Assembly: GCA_000092065.1 (NCBI GenBank)
Contig: CP000584.1
Reading direction: 5' to 3' (one strand)
From: Ostreococcus lucimarinus
Lineage: Eukaryota
Length of the DNA: 64,000 bases
Shown here: piece by piece, positions 19,293-29,005 of the stretch
How positions within the stretch are numbered: the first letter of the stretch is position 1
Layout of the letters: each line of letters begins with the position of its first letter
Program-made: the position numbers and the translations under genes
The notes under the pieces: model-generated
Told to the model about the DNA's origin: nothing
The model's input: only the letters and a program-made list of their open reading frames with translations
Databases searched by the model: none

Positions 19293-21218
19293 TCATTCGC
19301 TCGAAACCGGCTCTTTTCCGCCGCCGCCGCACACCTCTTCGCCGTCTTCTTCGCTTTCGTCACCGAGCATAAAGGCATCCGACTGCATCGCATTCTTCTG
19401 CATAGAGATAGTCGTACCTTTACTCACGCTCGGCGTACCACCGACGCGATTGAAAGTTGTTCCCGGTTGATCCATGCGCGATTCCGTGCCGGTGGCGTGC
19501 GACGGGCTGTCTGGTCGGCGCAAGTGCGTACCGTCAAGCATCGCTCGTGTATCCATGGCAGCGTTATCGTCGACGTTTTGGAAAGAGCTGAACCCACCTC
19601 CGAAAACTCCAGCACTCATGGCGCCATCGGTTTCCCCCTCAACTTCACCGTGCATACCCAAGCCACCGCTGGCGACGTAGCCGGCGTTGGGGTAAGAGAA
19701 CAGTTGCCCGCCCTGCGCGCTCGATCCCGCCATGCCGCTCATGGGCATCGTCCCCCAGGACACTCCTCCCGGTGCGCCGATGAACGACGATGCGATACCA
19801 CCCCGTCGTGGTGCGTGGAGAGCGACATCACGTCGGTGAGTGGCTTCGCGCAAATCCGCGACGAGCCCCGGATCATCGGGCGTCATTTCCAACGCCTTGG
19901 TCAAGTCGCCGATGGCGGTGCCGAAATCTCCCTCGGTCACCGCGGCGAGCGCTCGCGCCTTGAGTGCGAGTGCATTGTTCGGTTCGCGCGCGAGCGCGCG
20001 AGCTGCGAGTTCACCCGCTCGCACGGGATCGGCTCTCCGAAGCGCGCACGCGCTCGCTTCGAGCAAGCACGCCGTCTTCAACTGTGAATTTCGCTCCGAC
20101 GATCCACCCGTCTCTTCGGTTTCAAACATTTCAATTTGATCGATAAATCGCAGGGCGTGTCCGTACGCGCGCTCGGCGGTGCCGAAATTCTCGATCGCCT
20201 TGAGCGCATCCGCGCGAGCCTTGAGCTCGAGCGACGCCGGAACGAGCGATTCTCGCGGTACGTCCCACGGTTCTTGATTATCCCACCGCGTCGGCGCGGG
20301 CAGAATGATTTGCTTCGATTCGACCTCGGTACCGACACCTGCCGCTCCTCCCTCACCGGCGAGCAAGCTTCCAGCCGCCTTGATGTCGCCACATTCCACC
20401 TCTTCGCTATTGCCCAGGCCCGAATCCGCGCGCCCGCCTTCGCCGCGCGAATTCGTAAGCCTCTGCGCCTCGGTCGAATCCACCGGACGCGCGCGGTCGC
20501 TCGACACCGCCGCCGTGTTCGAATCTCCCGCACTATTCGCCGGCCGCTGTGCGTGTCCGTGCACCGTGCTCGAACTCCCCGTCGCGCCTCCGCGCCCGCC
20601 GACGCGACTTCGCGTCAACCCGGGCGCCGCGCCGCGCCGCGCCGCGCCGTCCGCATTCGTCGCGTCGACCGTCGCCGCCGCCTCCTCACCCATCGCCCGC
20701 GCGCGCGCCCTCACATTCCCGGCTTCGTCTCCGTTCACGACGTCGTCGTTCGACCGCACGGCTTGCGAGTTTTGAATCGAGTGCGTCGCCGCGCGTCGCG
20801 CCCCTTCGTCCCCGATCACCGTGGCGTGTCCCGGATTTTCGATCGACCGCGTCACCGCCGCCGCGTCCACCGCGGGCATTCGTGTCTCGTATCCGCCGTC
20901 GTCGTCCAAGTCTCTCGCGGACCGTTCGACGTCCGCGTCGTCGTCCGCGTCTTCGTCCCCTCGTCGCGTCCCGCGTCCCCGTCGCCGCGCTTCGCCCGCG
21001 CCGCCCGCGCCGCCCATCCCGAACGCCGATCCCGACGATTGCGCCGCGCGCGTCGCCGCGGCGCGCTCGGGCGACGCCCGCAGCGCGTCGTCGTCGAGGC
21101 GTTCGGCGCCGTCCGTTCGCATCAGCATCGGACTCAGATGGGTGTCACCCTCGGACGTCGTCGCGTCGAGCGTCGCCAGCGACGCCGCGCCCGTGGATCC
21201 GCCCGCGCTGCGCGCCAT
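19293..21218 (-). CDS. TPR-repeat protein with Gly/Ser/Ala-rich low-complexity regions
   Basis: TPR-like helical repeats span LELKARADALKAIENFGTAERAYGHALRFID...ALKARALAAVTEGDFGTAIGDLTKALEMTPDD. The start is set at the internal ATG 21218, because the longer ORF N-terminus runs through an AT-rich non-coding-like stretch. Confidence 0.6.
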   Translation of the reverse strand: MARSAGGSTGAASLATLDATTSEGDTHLSPMLMRTDGAERLDDDALRASPERAAATRAAQSSGSAFGMGGAGGAGEARRRGRGTRRGDEDADDDADVERSARDLDDDGGYETRMPAVDAAAVTRSIENPGHATVIGDEGARRAATHSIQNSQAVRSNDDVVNGDEAGNVRARARAMGEEAAATVDATNADGAARRGAAPGLTRSRVGGRGGATGSSSTVHGHAQRPANSAGDSNTAAVSSDRARPVDSTEAQRLTNSRGEGGRADSGLGNSEEVECGDIKAAGSLLAGEGGAAGVGTEVESKQIILPAPTRWDNQEPWDVPRESLVPASLELKARADALKAIENFGTAERAYGHALRFIDQIEMFETEETGGSSERNSQLKTACLLEASACALRRADPVRAGELAARALAREPNNALALKARALAAVTEGDFGTAIGDLTKALEMTPDDPGLVADLREATHRRDVALHAPRRGGIASSFIGAPGGVSWGTMPMSGMAGSSAQGGQLFSYPNAGYVASGGLGMHGEVEGETDGAMSAGVFGGGFSSFQNVDDNAAMDTRAMLDGTHLRRPDSPSHATGTESRMDQPGTTFNRVGGTPSVSKGTTISMQKNAMQSDAFMLGDESEEDGEEVCGGGGKEPVSSE

Positions 21219-22396
21219 GTCGGCGCGCGCGACGCGCGAAGACGCGTCGCGGTGTGCGACTCGGCGGCGTCCGCGCGGCGGGCGACGCGAACGCGAACGC
21301 GAGACGCGCGCGAACGTCGAGGTCGATATCCCGAATCGTCGATGTGAATGAATTACACGAATCACACAAAAAGTTAGTTCGTTTCCCAGCGCTCGCTCGT
21401 CGCGATGACGCGTCGAAATCGCCCGTCGTCGCGTCACCGCGCGTTGGGATCGAGCGGAAACGACGCGCGCGCCGCGTCGCTCGGAAACGGAAACGGAAAC
21501 GCGACGCCGACGCCGACGCCCGCGATCGCGCGCATCGCGTCGATCGTCATCGTCGACGACGACGACGACGACGCGCGGTGCGCGTGACGCGCACCGCGAC
21601 GCCCGCCGCCGCCGCGTCCCGTCGACGCCGGCTCGCCTCCGTCTCGCGCCGGCGACGACGCGTCTAGAACTTCGTCGTCCGTCGCCTCCTCCGTCGTCAT
21701 CTCCGCGTCCCACGAAGCGAGTCGTCCCGTCATCGTCGACGTCGACGTCGTCGGCGTCTCCGAGTCGTTCGCTTCCTCGCGCTCGCGCTCGCGCTCGTCC
21801 CGCCTCGCGTCTCGCTTGGCCAGTCGTCCGTCGCGCACGCCGACGGCTTCGACGTACGCGTCTCGTCTTCGCTTGCGCCCGCGCGCCGCGCGCGCGGCGT
21901 CACCGTCGTCGTCCATGGAATCCACGTCGCACGCGGCGCGCGCGCGCGCGTTTTCGAACGAACGCGCGAACCACCGGTCGGTGATTGATTGTATTGATTT
22001 TTGAACGCGATGCGCTCGAGCTCGACGCCGCGACGACGCGACGACGCGACGACGCGACGCGCGACTACCGACGACGCGACGACGACGATCGCGACCGATC
22101 GGATCGATCGCGCGTCTCGCGGTGTCGCGCGCGCGGCGTCGAACGCGCGTCTTCCATCGATCGATTCGACGCCCGCGTCTTCTCGGCGACCGACCGAACG
22201 CGACCGACGACGCGATCGCGACGAACGGCGCGTTCGACCGACGTCGAGATCGAAATCGAACGATCGCACCGCGATCGATCGGTGCGATCGAACCTCGACG
22301 CGTCGATCGAACGATCGTCGAATCGCGCGATCGACCCATCTGGATCGCCGTCGGCGCCGACGTCACGCCCGGCGGCACAGCGCGACGGACGACGCC

Positions 22397-24469
22397 ATGA
22401 GCGACTGGGCCGACGACAGCGGCGATTTACCACCCCTGAGCGCGGGACTGCCGCCGCCACCGACGACGACGACGACGACGACGATACCGAAACCGTCGAC
22501 GTCGGTGCCGGCGCCGCAGGTCGCGTCGCCGCAGAAATCGGGATACGTCCCGCCGCATCTGCGGAATCGGCACGCGGCGGCGGGCGACGGCGGGTCGCGA
22601 GGATTCGGTGCGTCGACGACGACGGCGCGACGCGCGCGAACGACGGCGACGGCGACGACGAGAGGGAATTTTTAATCGATCGATCGCGCGCGCGCGATGA
22701 CGCGCGAACGCGTCGCGCGAGAGAGGGGACGCACGCGATCGCGATCTCGACCGCCCCGCACGATGGCGACGGGCGATAACATTGAGGCGTAACCCTGGAC
22801 GAGCGCCGAGGCGGGCGACTGACGACGAACGACGCGCGCGGTTCCGATCGAGCAGGCGGTGACGATAGACGAGGCGATGGATGGGATACCGGACGCGACC
22901 GCGGCGGCGGTGGATGGGGCGGCGGCGGCGGCGGTGGATGGGGCGGCGGCGGCGGCGGCGGACGGTTTTCGCGCGGGGAAGACTACGGCGGGACGTCGTT
23001 CGGGCGGCGAGACGATCGCGGGGGAGGAGGCGGAGGATGGGACACCGGACGGTCGCGATTCCGCAGAGAAGATAACCCGTTCGCGCAAATGGAAGAGGAA
23101 GAAGCGGCGGCGGCGAGAAACGATCCTGACTCCGAGGCGACGAAGATGTTTACCGGCGAAAACACCGGTTTGGACTTTGACCTGTACGACGACATTCCCG
23201 TGGAGACGAGCGGACGCGACGTGCCGGAGCCCATCACTTCGTTCGTCGACCTCGACCTCGGGGCGGCCGTGAACACGAACATCAAGAGATGCAAGTTTAA
23301 GAATCCGACGCCGGTGCAAAAGTACGCCATTCCAGCTTCGCTGGCGGGAAGAGATTTAATGGCGTGCGCGCAGACGGGTTCCGGTAAAACGGCGGCGTTT
23401 TGCTTTCCCATCATCGCCGGTATCTTGAAGCGCGGTCTTCAAGGCGGTCATATGAACCGCAAGACGTATCCTCTCGCGCTCGTGCTTTCGCCGACGCGCG
23501 AATTGGCGAGCCAGATTCACGAAGAATCGCGGAAGTTCGCGTACCAAACCGGCGTCGCCTCGTGCGTCATCTACGGTGGCGCTCCGGCGGTGGAACAATT
23601 CCGCGCCATGGAACGCGGGTGCGACATTCTCGTCGCCACGCCGGGTCGTTTGATCGATCTCATCGATCGCGCTAAGATCTCGTTGAGCAGAGTTCAATAT
23701 CTCGCGCTCGACGAGGCGGATCGCATGTTGGATATGGGTTTCGAGCCGCAAATTCGACAAATCGTCGACGAGCGCGACATGCCGCGATGTGGCGAGCGTC
23801 AAACGATGTTGTTCTCCGCAACGTTCCCGAGGGAAATCCAGCGAATGGCTTCGGACTTCTTGGACGATTACGTCTTTCTCACGGTCGGTCGCGTCGGCTC
23901 TTCGCACGCGTTGATCACGCAATCCGTCGAGCGCGTGACTTCGTACCACGAAAAGAGCAATATGCTTCTCGATTTGGTCGAAGCCGTGCCGGGTTTGACT
24001 TTGGTTTTCGTCGAAACGAAGCGAGGTGCGGACCAGCTCGAGGATTTCTTGTACCAAAACGGTAAGCCCGCGACGAGCATCCACGGCGATCGCACGCAGC
24101 AGGAGCGCGAGGCGGCGTTGAAATCCTTCCGAGCGGGTAAGACGCCCATCCTCGTCGCCACGGACGTCGCGGCGAGAGGTTTGGATATTCCTCACGTCAC
24201 CCACGTCATCAACTTTGACTTGCCATCGGATATCGACGACTACACGCACCGCATCGGTCGTACCGGGCGCGCGGGGAAGAAGGGTCGGGCGACGGCGCTG
24301 TTTTTAGAATCCAAAGACGGCCAAATGGCTCGCCCGTTGACGGAGCTCATGAGCGAGGCGAACCAGGAAGTGCCGACGTGGTTGACGCAAATCTCTGGCC
24401 ATTCCTTCGGCGGTGGTGGACGTCGTCGCGGTGGTGGTGGCGGGAATAGATTCGGCGGTCGCGACTACC

Positions 24470-24516
<47 letters not shown>

Positions 24517-24531
24517 TGGGGCCGCGAGTAA
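22397..24531 (+). CDS. ATP-dependent DEAD-box RNA helicase DDX3/Ded1 family (two exons; intron ~22608..22786)
   Basis: Exon 1 (22397..22607) encodes [11 protein letters not shown]...[11 protein letters not shown], the conserved DDX3 YxPPHLR eIF4E-binding motif, then GGSRGFG. Exon 2 (22787..24531, the 23089 ORF extended upstream in frame) has RGG/GW repeats, the Q motif, [29 protein letters not shown] and a Gly-rich tail. The proposed GTGCGT donor and TTGAG acceptor keep the frame; exon lengths sum to a multiple of 3. Confidence 0.85.
22608..22786 (+). other. predicted spliceosomal intron of DDX3-like gene (179 bp, GT...AG)
   Basis: The exon-1 frame runs into stops after RGFG, and the exon-2 frame has stops upstream of 22787. 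The donor is G|GTGCGT at 22608 and the acceptor AG is at 22785-22786. Phase-1 junctions recreate a Gly codon. Confidence 0.55.
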
Positions 24532-24893
24532 ATCGACCCGCCTCGCGCGTTCGCGTTCCGAGTATGAAATCCTAGATGTGTGCATCTGTTAGATGTTAGA
24601 CATTCGTGTTGTGACTATTTTCTACACTATCCCACTACGCCATCACACGTCCCCTCGCGTCTCGGCCGCCGACAAAGACGACGAAGCCTCGACTCGACGA
24701 AAACGGTCCCGCGCCCGCCCCCCTCGCAAAAGATTCCTCTTCGGCACGCGTAGGAATAAAAAACCAAAATCACCCCGAAACCCCGTATACAACGTGAAAC
24801 GAGTCGATGTACCGCGCACCCCATTTGTGCGACGGCGTCCCCCGCCTCGTCGTCGCGGCGTCGTCGTCGCGGCATCGCGCGACGCGTCGGACG

Positions 24894-26028
24894 ATGAAGT
24901 TCGGTCAGCTCTTCGCCGCGACGACGGCGTCGATGGCGCCGAACGTGCGAGAGCAGGTGCGCGACGCGAACGCGCGAGCGCCCGGAACGACGCGACGACG
25001 ACCGCGCGAACGACGACCGCAAAACGGGGCGACGGGCGATGGCGCGGTAGAATATTCCCAGCGCGCGACCGTCGCGGAGGGGGGGGGAGGGCGCGCGTCG
25101 CGCGCGTCGCGCGCTCTAAAGAGAGACAAGAATGCGCGCGAAGGATGCGCGCGAGGACGCCGCGAATGGGGACGGTTCGCGCGCGATGGTGGGCGTCGAG
25201 CGCGCGAAGACGGCGAACGGAGGGCGGCGAGACGCGCGAACGACTCGAGGGCGTTGACTGACGGATTCACGCGATGCACGCGCGCGGGAAGCGTAGTTTT
25301 TGGATTATAAACTCTTGAAACAGGTGTTAAAGACACTTCCGGAGAATAAGGGCGATGTGAAGCCCGCGACGGCGGGGGAGGTTCACGCGGGGGAGCGGGC
25401 ATTCGTGCAGGCGCTGTCCAACGAGTTGAAGAAGTTTAACGAGTTCTTCATGAACAGAGAGGAGGAAATCGTCATGAAGGAGGGTCATTTGCAGCAGTTA
25501 TTCGATCAGAACGAAGAGCGCATCGCGAGCGCGTTGAGCGCGGGGGTGTACGACGACGCGTGTTTGGCGGGAGACACGGGCATTTGCCAGAAATTTGCCA
25601 ACTTTCACGGAGAGCTCGTGTTGTTGGAGCACTGGACCAATTTAAACTACGCGGCTTTGGTGAAAATTTTGAAGAAGCACGATAAGCGATCGAGCTTGGC
25701 GCTGCGTTCTCCTTTCCTAGTCAACGTCCTGCAGCAGCCTTTCTACAGCACGGAGGTGCTCACGGCGATGATCGGTCGCGCCGAGGAGCGATTCCGCGCC
25801 ATCGAGCACAGGATTCGAGAATTCTTGGGCGAGCACGTCCCGCGCGCTGAGCTCGGGACATCGCCGCAGGTGCAACTGAGGGTATCATCGGACGGAAGCG
25901 AGATTAGCGACGACGACGACGACGCCTATTCCATCGAGCACACCAAAGCCGCTCTGAACTGCTGGCAAGGTTTGGACAAGAGCGAGGCTTTGCAAAACCC
26001 GCTCGGCACGCCTCACGACGTTCAGTGA
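24894..26028 (+). CDS. SPX domain protein (single-domain SPX, plant SPX1-4-like; two exons, intron ~24957..25296)
   Basis: Exon 1 encodes MKFGQLFAATTASMAPNVREQ, the canonical SPX start MKFG. Exon 2 begins FLDYKLLKQVLKTLPEN, matching plant SPX1 [33 protein letters not shown]. The rest of the SPX helices follow (LVLLEHWTNLNYAALVKILKKHDKRSS). Confidence 0.8.
24957..25296 (+). other. predicted spliceosomal intron of SPX gene (340 bp, GTGCGC...GCGTAG)
   Basis: The donor CAG|GTGCGC follows codon Q21 and the acceptor TAG is at 25294-25296. The spliced junction reproduces the conserved SPX N-terminal helix, and the intron is extremely GC-rich. Confidence 0.6.
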
Positions 26029-26327
26029 AAACTTACGCACTAGTTTCTCGCACTCCCACCGCGCGTCGTGACATCTCGCGCGTGAATGACGCATATTACC
26101 CTAGCTCAGCCACACGTCTGGCTGACCACCATTCTTTCCTTGTTGTAAGCTTTTTTTGTTAACTTGGCCTCGAACCGTCTTGTCTCGCGCGCGCGCATCA
26201 CGAGCCATTCATCCGCGCGTCGTCGGACCGATCGATCGGCGCCGAAGCGAAGGGACGCCACGCACTCACCTCCAGAGTCGAGACCGCGCGCGCGCGACAT
26301 CGACGCGCGCTCGATACGACGGCGCAA

Positions 26328-28958
26328 ATGCGACTCCTCGACGGGTCGCCCTCGGCCCAATACGTCGTTTCACGCGAGCTCGTCGTTATGCTCGACGCGC
26401 CGCGCGCGGGCGTGCCTCGGCGCGTGCGCGAGCGATTCGAAAGTGCGAGCGAGACACATCCATCATCCAACGACGAACGACGAGCGGTGTCGAACGAGCG
26501 CGACGTTGAGGTAGGCTGCGAGTCAAGATACGAACAGCCTTTTCTGACGACGCGACTCCATGAAACTGACGTGACTAACGACGTGACTGACGACGTGACT
26601 GACGACGCCTCGTCGCGTGAGCTGCAGATCGCTCGAGCATTTCTCGACGCACGGTTGAACGGTGAGCACGAATACGAAGGCTTTGAAGCGCTACTGTGCG
26701 ACGAATCCGTGATCTCTCTGACGACGCGACTTCTCGCGCGCGTCGAAGAGCGCGGCGAAGCCAAATTTCCAGCGAAAATGGTTCTGAGCGCGTACATGAT
26801 TTGCTACCACGCCGATGTGGTCCTCGGTGGTTCGAACGCGAAGGAGGTACCGTGCGAAGAAACGTCGCTCATTGATTCATCCAAGGCGTTGGTTAACGCG
26901 TTCGACGCGCTCGCACTCACGATGTCGCGCTCGGGCACGTTCACAGCCACCATCACGAACGCGTTCGAGCGCGCTTGGCACACGTGGACTGCAGATTTCA
27001 AAATTTGGAAATCGAAAGACGCGTTTAGTTTGACCCAAGAGCTCATACGAATCGGTGTTGCGATGGAGTCTTCGATGATTCGTGTGTGCGGCGCTCGCGG
27101 CGCGCTCGATTCCACAGTCGATCTCGGTGAAGAACGCAACGCGATACGCTCCGCACAATCGCACGATCGCGCGCTTCTAAGAGAGAAAGTCTTCACGCTT
27201 TCGGGTAAAAGCGCAGTCGACGAGTTCGATGCGATGATTACAAGAGTTCGAGCCGCGGGCTTAAGCGACGAAGAGTCAGCGAGGGCAAAGGATACTCGCA
27301 CGGATCGGCTCGACGAACGTCGGCGTAAACGGGAAGCCACGAGCGCTCAAATCGCCGCTGCGATCGAAAAGGACAAAGAACGCGCTCGTCAGCAGATGGC
27401 TGGTGAAGAAAACGTTGTTTCGAACTTTGTCGAAATGCAAAAGGATCAGATTTTACACGAATTAATGCTGGACCCCGAGTGGAAGCTCAGAGCGCCACCA
27501 AAGTCACCCGTTGAGGACGATCCCGTACGCGAGCAGGTCGTACAAATCATGAAGAAGGCGTTCTGGGACATGGTGTACGAATCACTTGTTCATGATACGA
27601 TCGACACATCTATCGTTCGCGCTCGAATTTTCGAATGGAAAGACGCCATCATCGACGACACTTTGATTTTGGATCGCCAGACGACGGAGAGCTTGGAACT
27701 GATCCAAAATTCACTCAGCCTCATCGACGTCAACTATCTTGAAGCGAGCATCTTGCGCATGGAAAGCACACCTACAGACACATCAGAAGCTTTGCGAACC
27801 TCGCTCGATCATGGTTACACGGCTCTCAATGCGCTCGCGAATGGTTCCGTGAAGGACGATCTTAGCGCTGCGTTTGACAATCTGACGCGAGAACTCGAGA
27901 CGGCGACGAACGCGGACAAATTCACTTTATCTCGAGCGATTGCTGATGCTTTGGCGTTCTTGTTTGATTTTCGCGAGCGTATACACCAATCGATGAGCCT
28001 TGAAGCAGCCAACGAGGCGATTGATGCACTCCGCGAGACGCTCGCGGTGATGCCAGATGGCATCGAGTACGCGACAACGCGCTTCTTGCATCGATTTGAT
28101 GTGAAAGTCGGGGAGACCGAACTCGCACTTGCGTTTCCTCGCACGTGTGCTTGGCTTGAAAGCGTCGTCGAAGAGCTTCCGACGCTCGATGCGACATTTG
28201 CACCTCTTCTCGATTCTCTCAATGTCGACCGCTGGCGAGGCGTGCGTCTGAGGAGCGGTTTCGAGACTCGAGCCGAGGGCGCGCAAAAGACTTCTTCGGA
28301 AGTAATCAGTTCAACTTTACATCCGACCCGGGTCATGTCTGTGAATGGTGTTTGTCGTGTCGCCTTTGCACGATTGGTTACCAATCCCAACGCCATGATT
28401 CAAGACTTTATCCCGGAAACGCTTGAAAACGACGTGCAACGCATCGATTACTTTTGCCGTGAGTTTCAGAACATTCAAACGCTTGCCGCTTGTTTGATGC
28501 TCTCCACGCAACTCTGTCGCTTAGAGGTTTTCGTGGATGTGGACGCGCTCATCGATCGAGTCGCGGTTCTGCTCTCTTCGGAACGAGACCTACCGGCGAT
28601 GTCTCGCGTCGCCGAGGTCCTCTCCGCGACGCTCCCGACGTCCGACGGCGCCCAAACCATCACCAACATGCTTCGCAAGCTCACGGGTTCCGACGATTGC
28701 GCCAATCCGATGTCTGTCGCCATCATCAAGGCCATACGATCCGCGCTCACGATTCGTCTCCTTCACGGCTTCGAAGGCGAAGCCGTTGATAGGGCGTGCG
28801 ACGCCCGGCTCGCCGCAGTCTTCGCGTCGCGTCTCCGTCCTCGCGTCGACGCCATCGCTCGCGACGCCGCGCGAGTGATCAATCTACACGCCACAGTGCG
28901 CGCGCCCGTGGTTTCGGCCTTAGTGAACGACTTGCTCGCCAGAGATGATGAAATTTAA
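26328..28958 (+). CDS. T-complex protein 11 (TCP11/Sok1)-like protein
   Basis: The 876-aa ORF has the characteristic TCP11 segment ILHELMLDPEWKLRAPPKSP...QIMKKAFWDMVYESLVHDTIDTSIVRARIFEWKDAIIDDTL. An in-frame (DVTD/DVTN)x3 12-bp repeat lies near the N-terminus. Confidence 0.55.
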   Translation: MRLLDGSPSAQYVVSRELVVMLDAPRAGVPRRVRERFESASETHPSSNDERRAVSNERDVEVGCESRYEQPFLTTRLHETDVTNDVTDDVTDDASSRELQIARAFLDARLNGEHEYEGFEALLCDESVISLTTRLLARVEERGEAKFPAKMVLSAYMICYHADVVLGGSNAKEVPCEETSLIDSSKALVNAFDALALTMSRSGTFTATITNAFERAWHTWTADFKIWKSKDAFSLTQELIRIGVAMESSMIRVCGARGALDSTVDLGEERNAIRSAQSHDRALLREKVFTLSGKSAVDEFDAMITRVRAAGLSDEESARAKDTRTDRLDERRRKREATSAQIAAAIEKDKERARQQMAGEENVVSNFVEMQKDQILHELMLDPEWKLRAPPKSPVEDDPVREQVVQIMKKAFWDMVYESLVHDTIDTSIVRARIFEWKDAIIDDTLILDRQTTESLELIQNSLSLIDVNYLEASILRMESTPTDTSEALRTSLDHGYTALNALANGSVKDDLSAAFDNLTRELETATNADKFTLSRAIADALAFLFDFRERIHQSMSLEAANEAIDALRETLAVMPDGIEYATTRFLHRFDVKVGETELALAFPRTCAWLESVVEELPTLDATFAPLLDSLNVDRWRGVRLRSGFETRAEGAQKTSSEVISSTLHPTRVMSVNGVCRVAFARLVTNPNAMIQDFIPETLENDVQRIDYFCREFQNIQTLAACLMLSTQLCRLEVFVDVDALIDRVAVLLSSERDLPAMSRVAEVLSATLPTSDGAQTITNMLRKLTGSDDCANPMSVAIIKAIRSALTIRLLHGFEGEAVDRACDARLAAVFASRLRPRVDAIARDAARVINLHATVRAPVVSALVNDLLARDDEI

Positions 28959-29005
28959 CGCTCTTCTTCGCGAATCAGAGGCACCCGGCGCTTGAAGAAT
29001 CTTCA

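Noticed and set aside
21434-22378. 314-aa minus-strand ORF and several overlapping ORFs in the 1.2-kb spacer between the TPR gene and DDX3
   Set aside because: The region is Arg/Asp/Thr low complexity with overlapping ORFs in several frames and no recognisable domain. It is most likely a GC-rich bidirectional promoter or 5' UTR region. A small real gene cannot be excluded.
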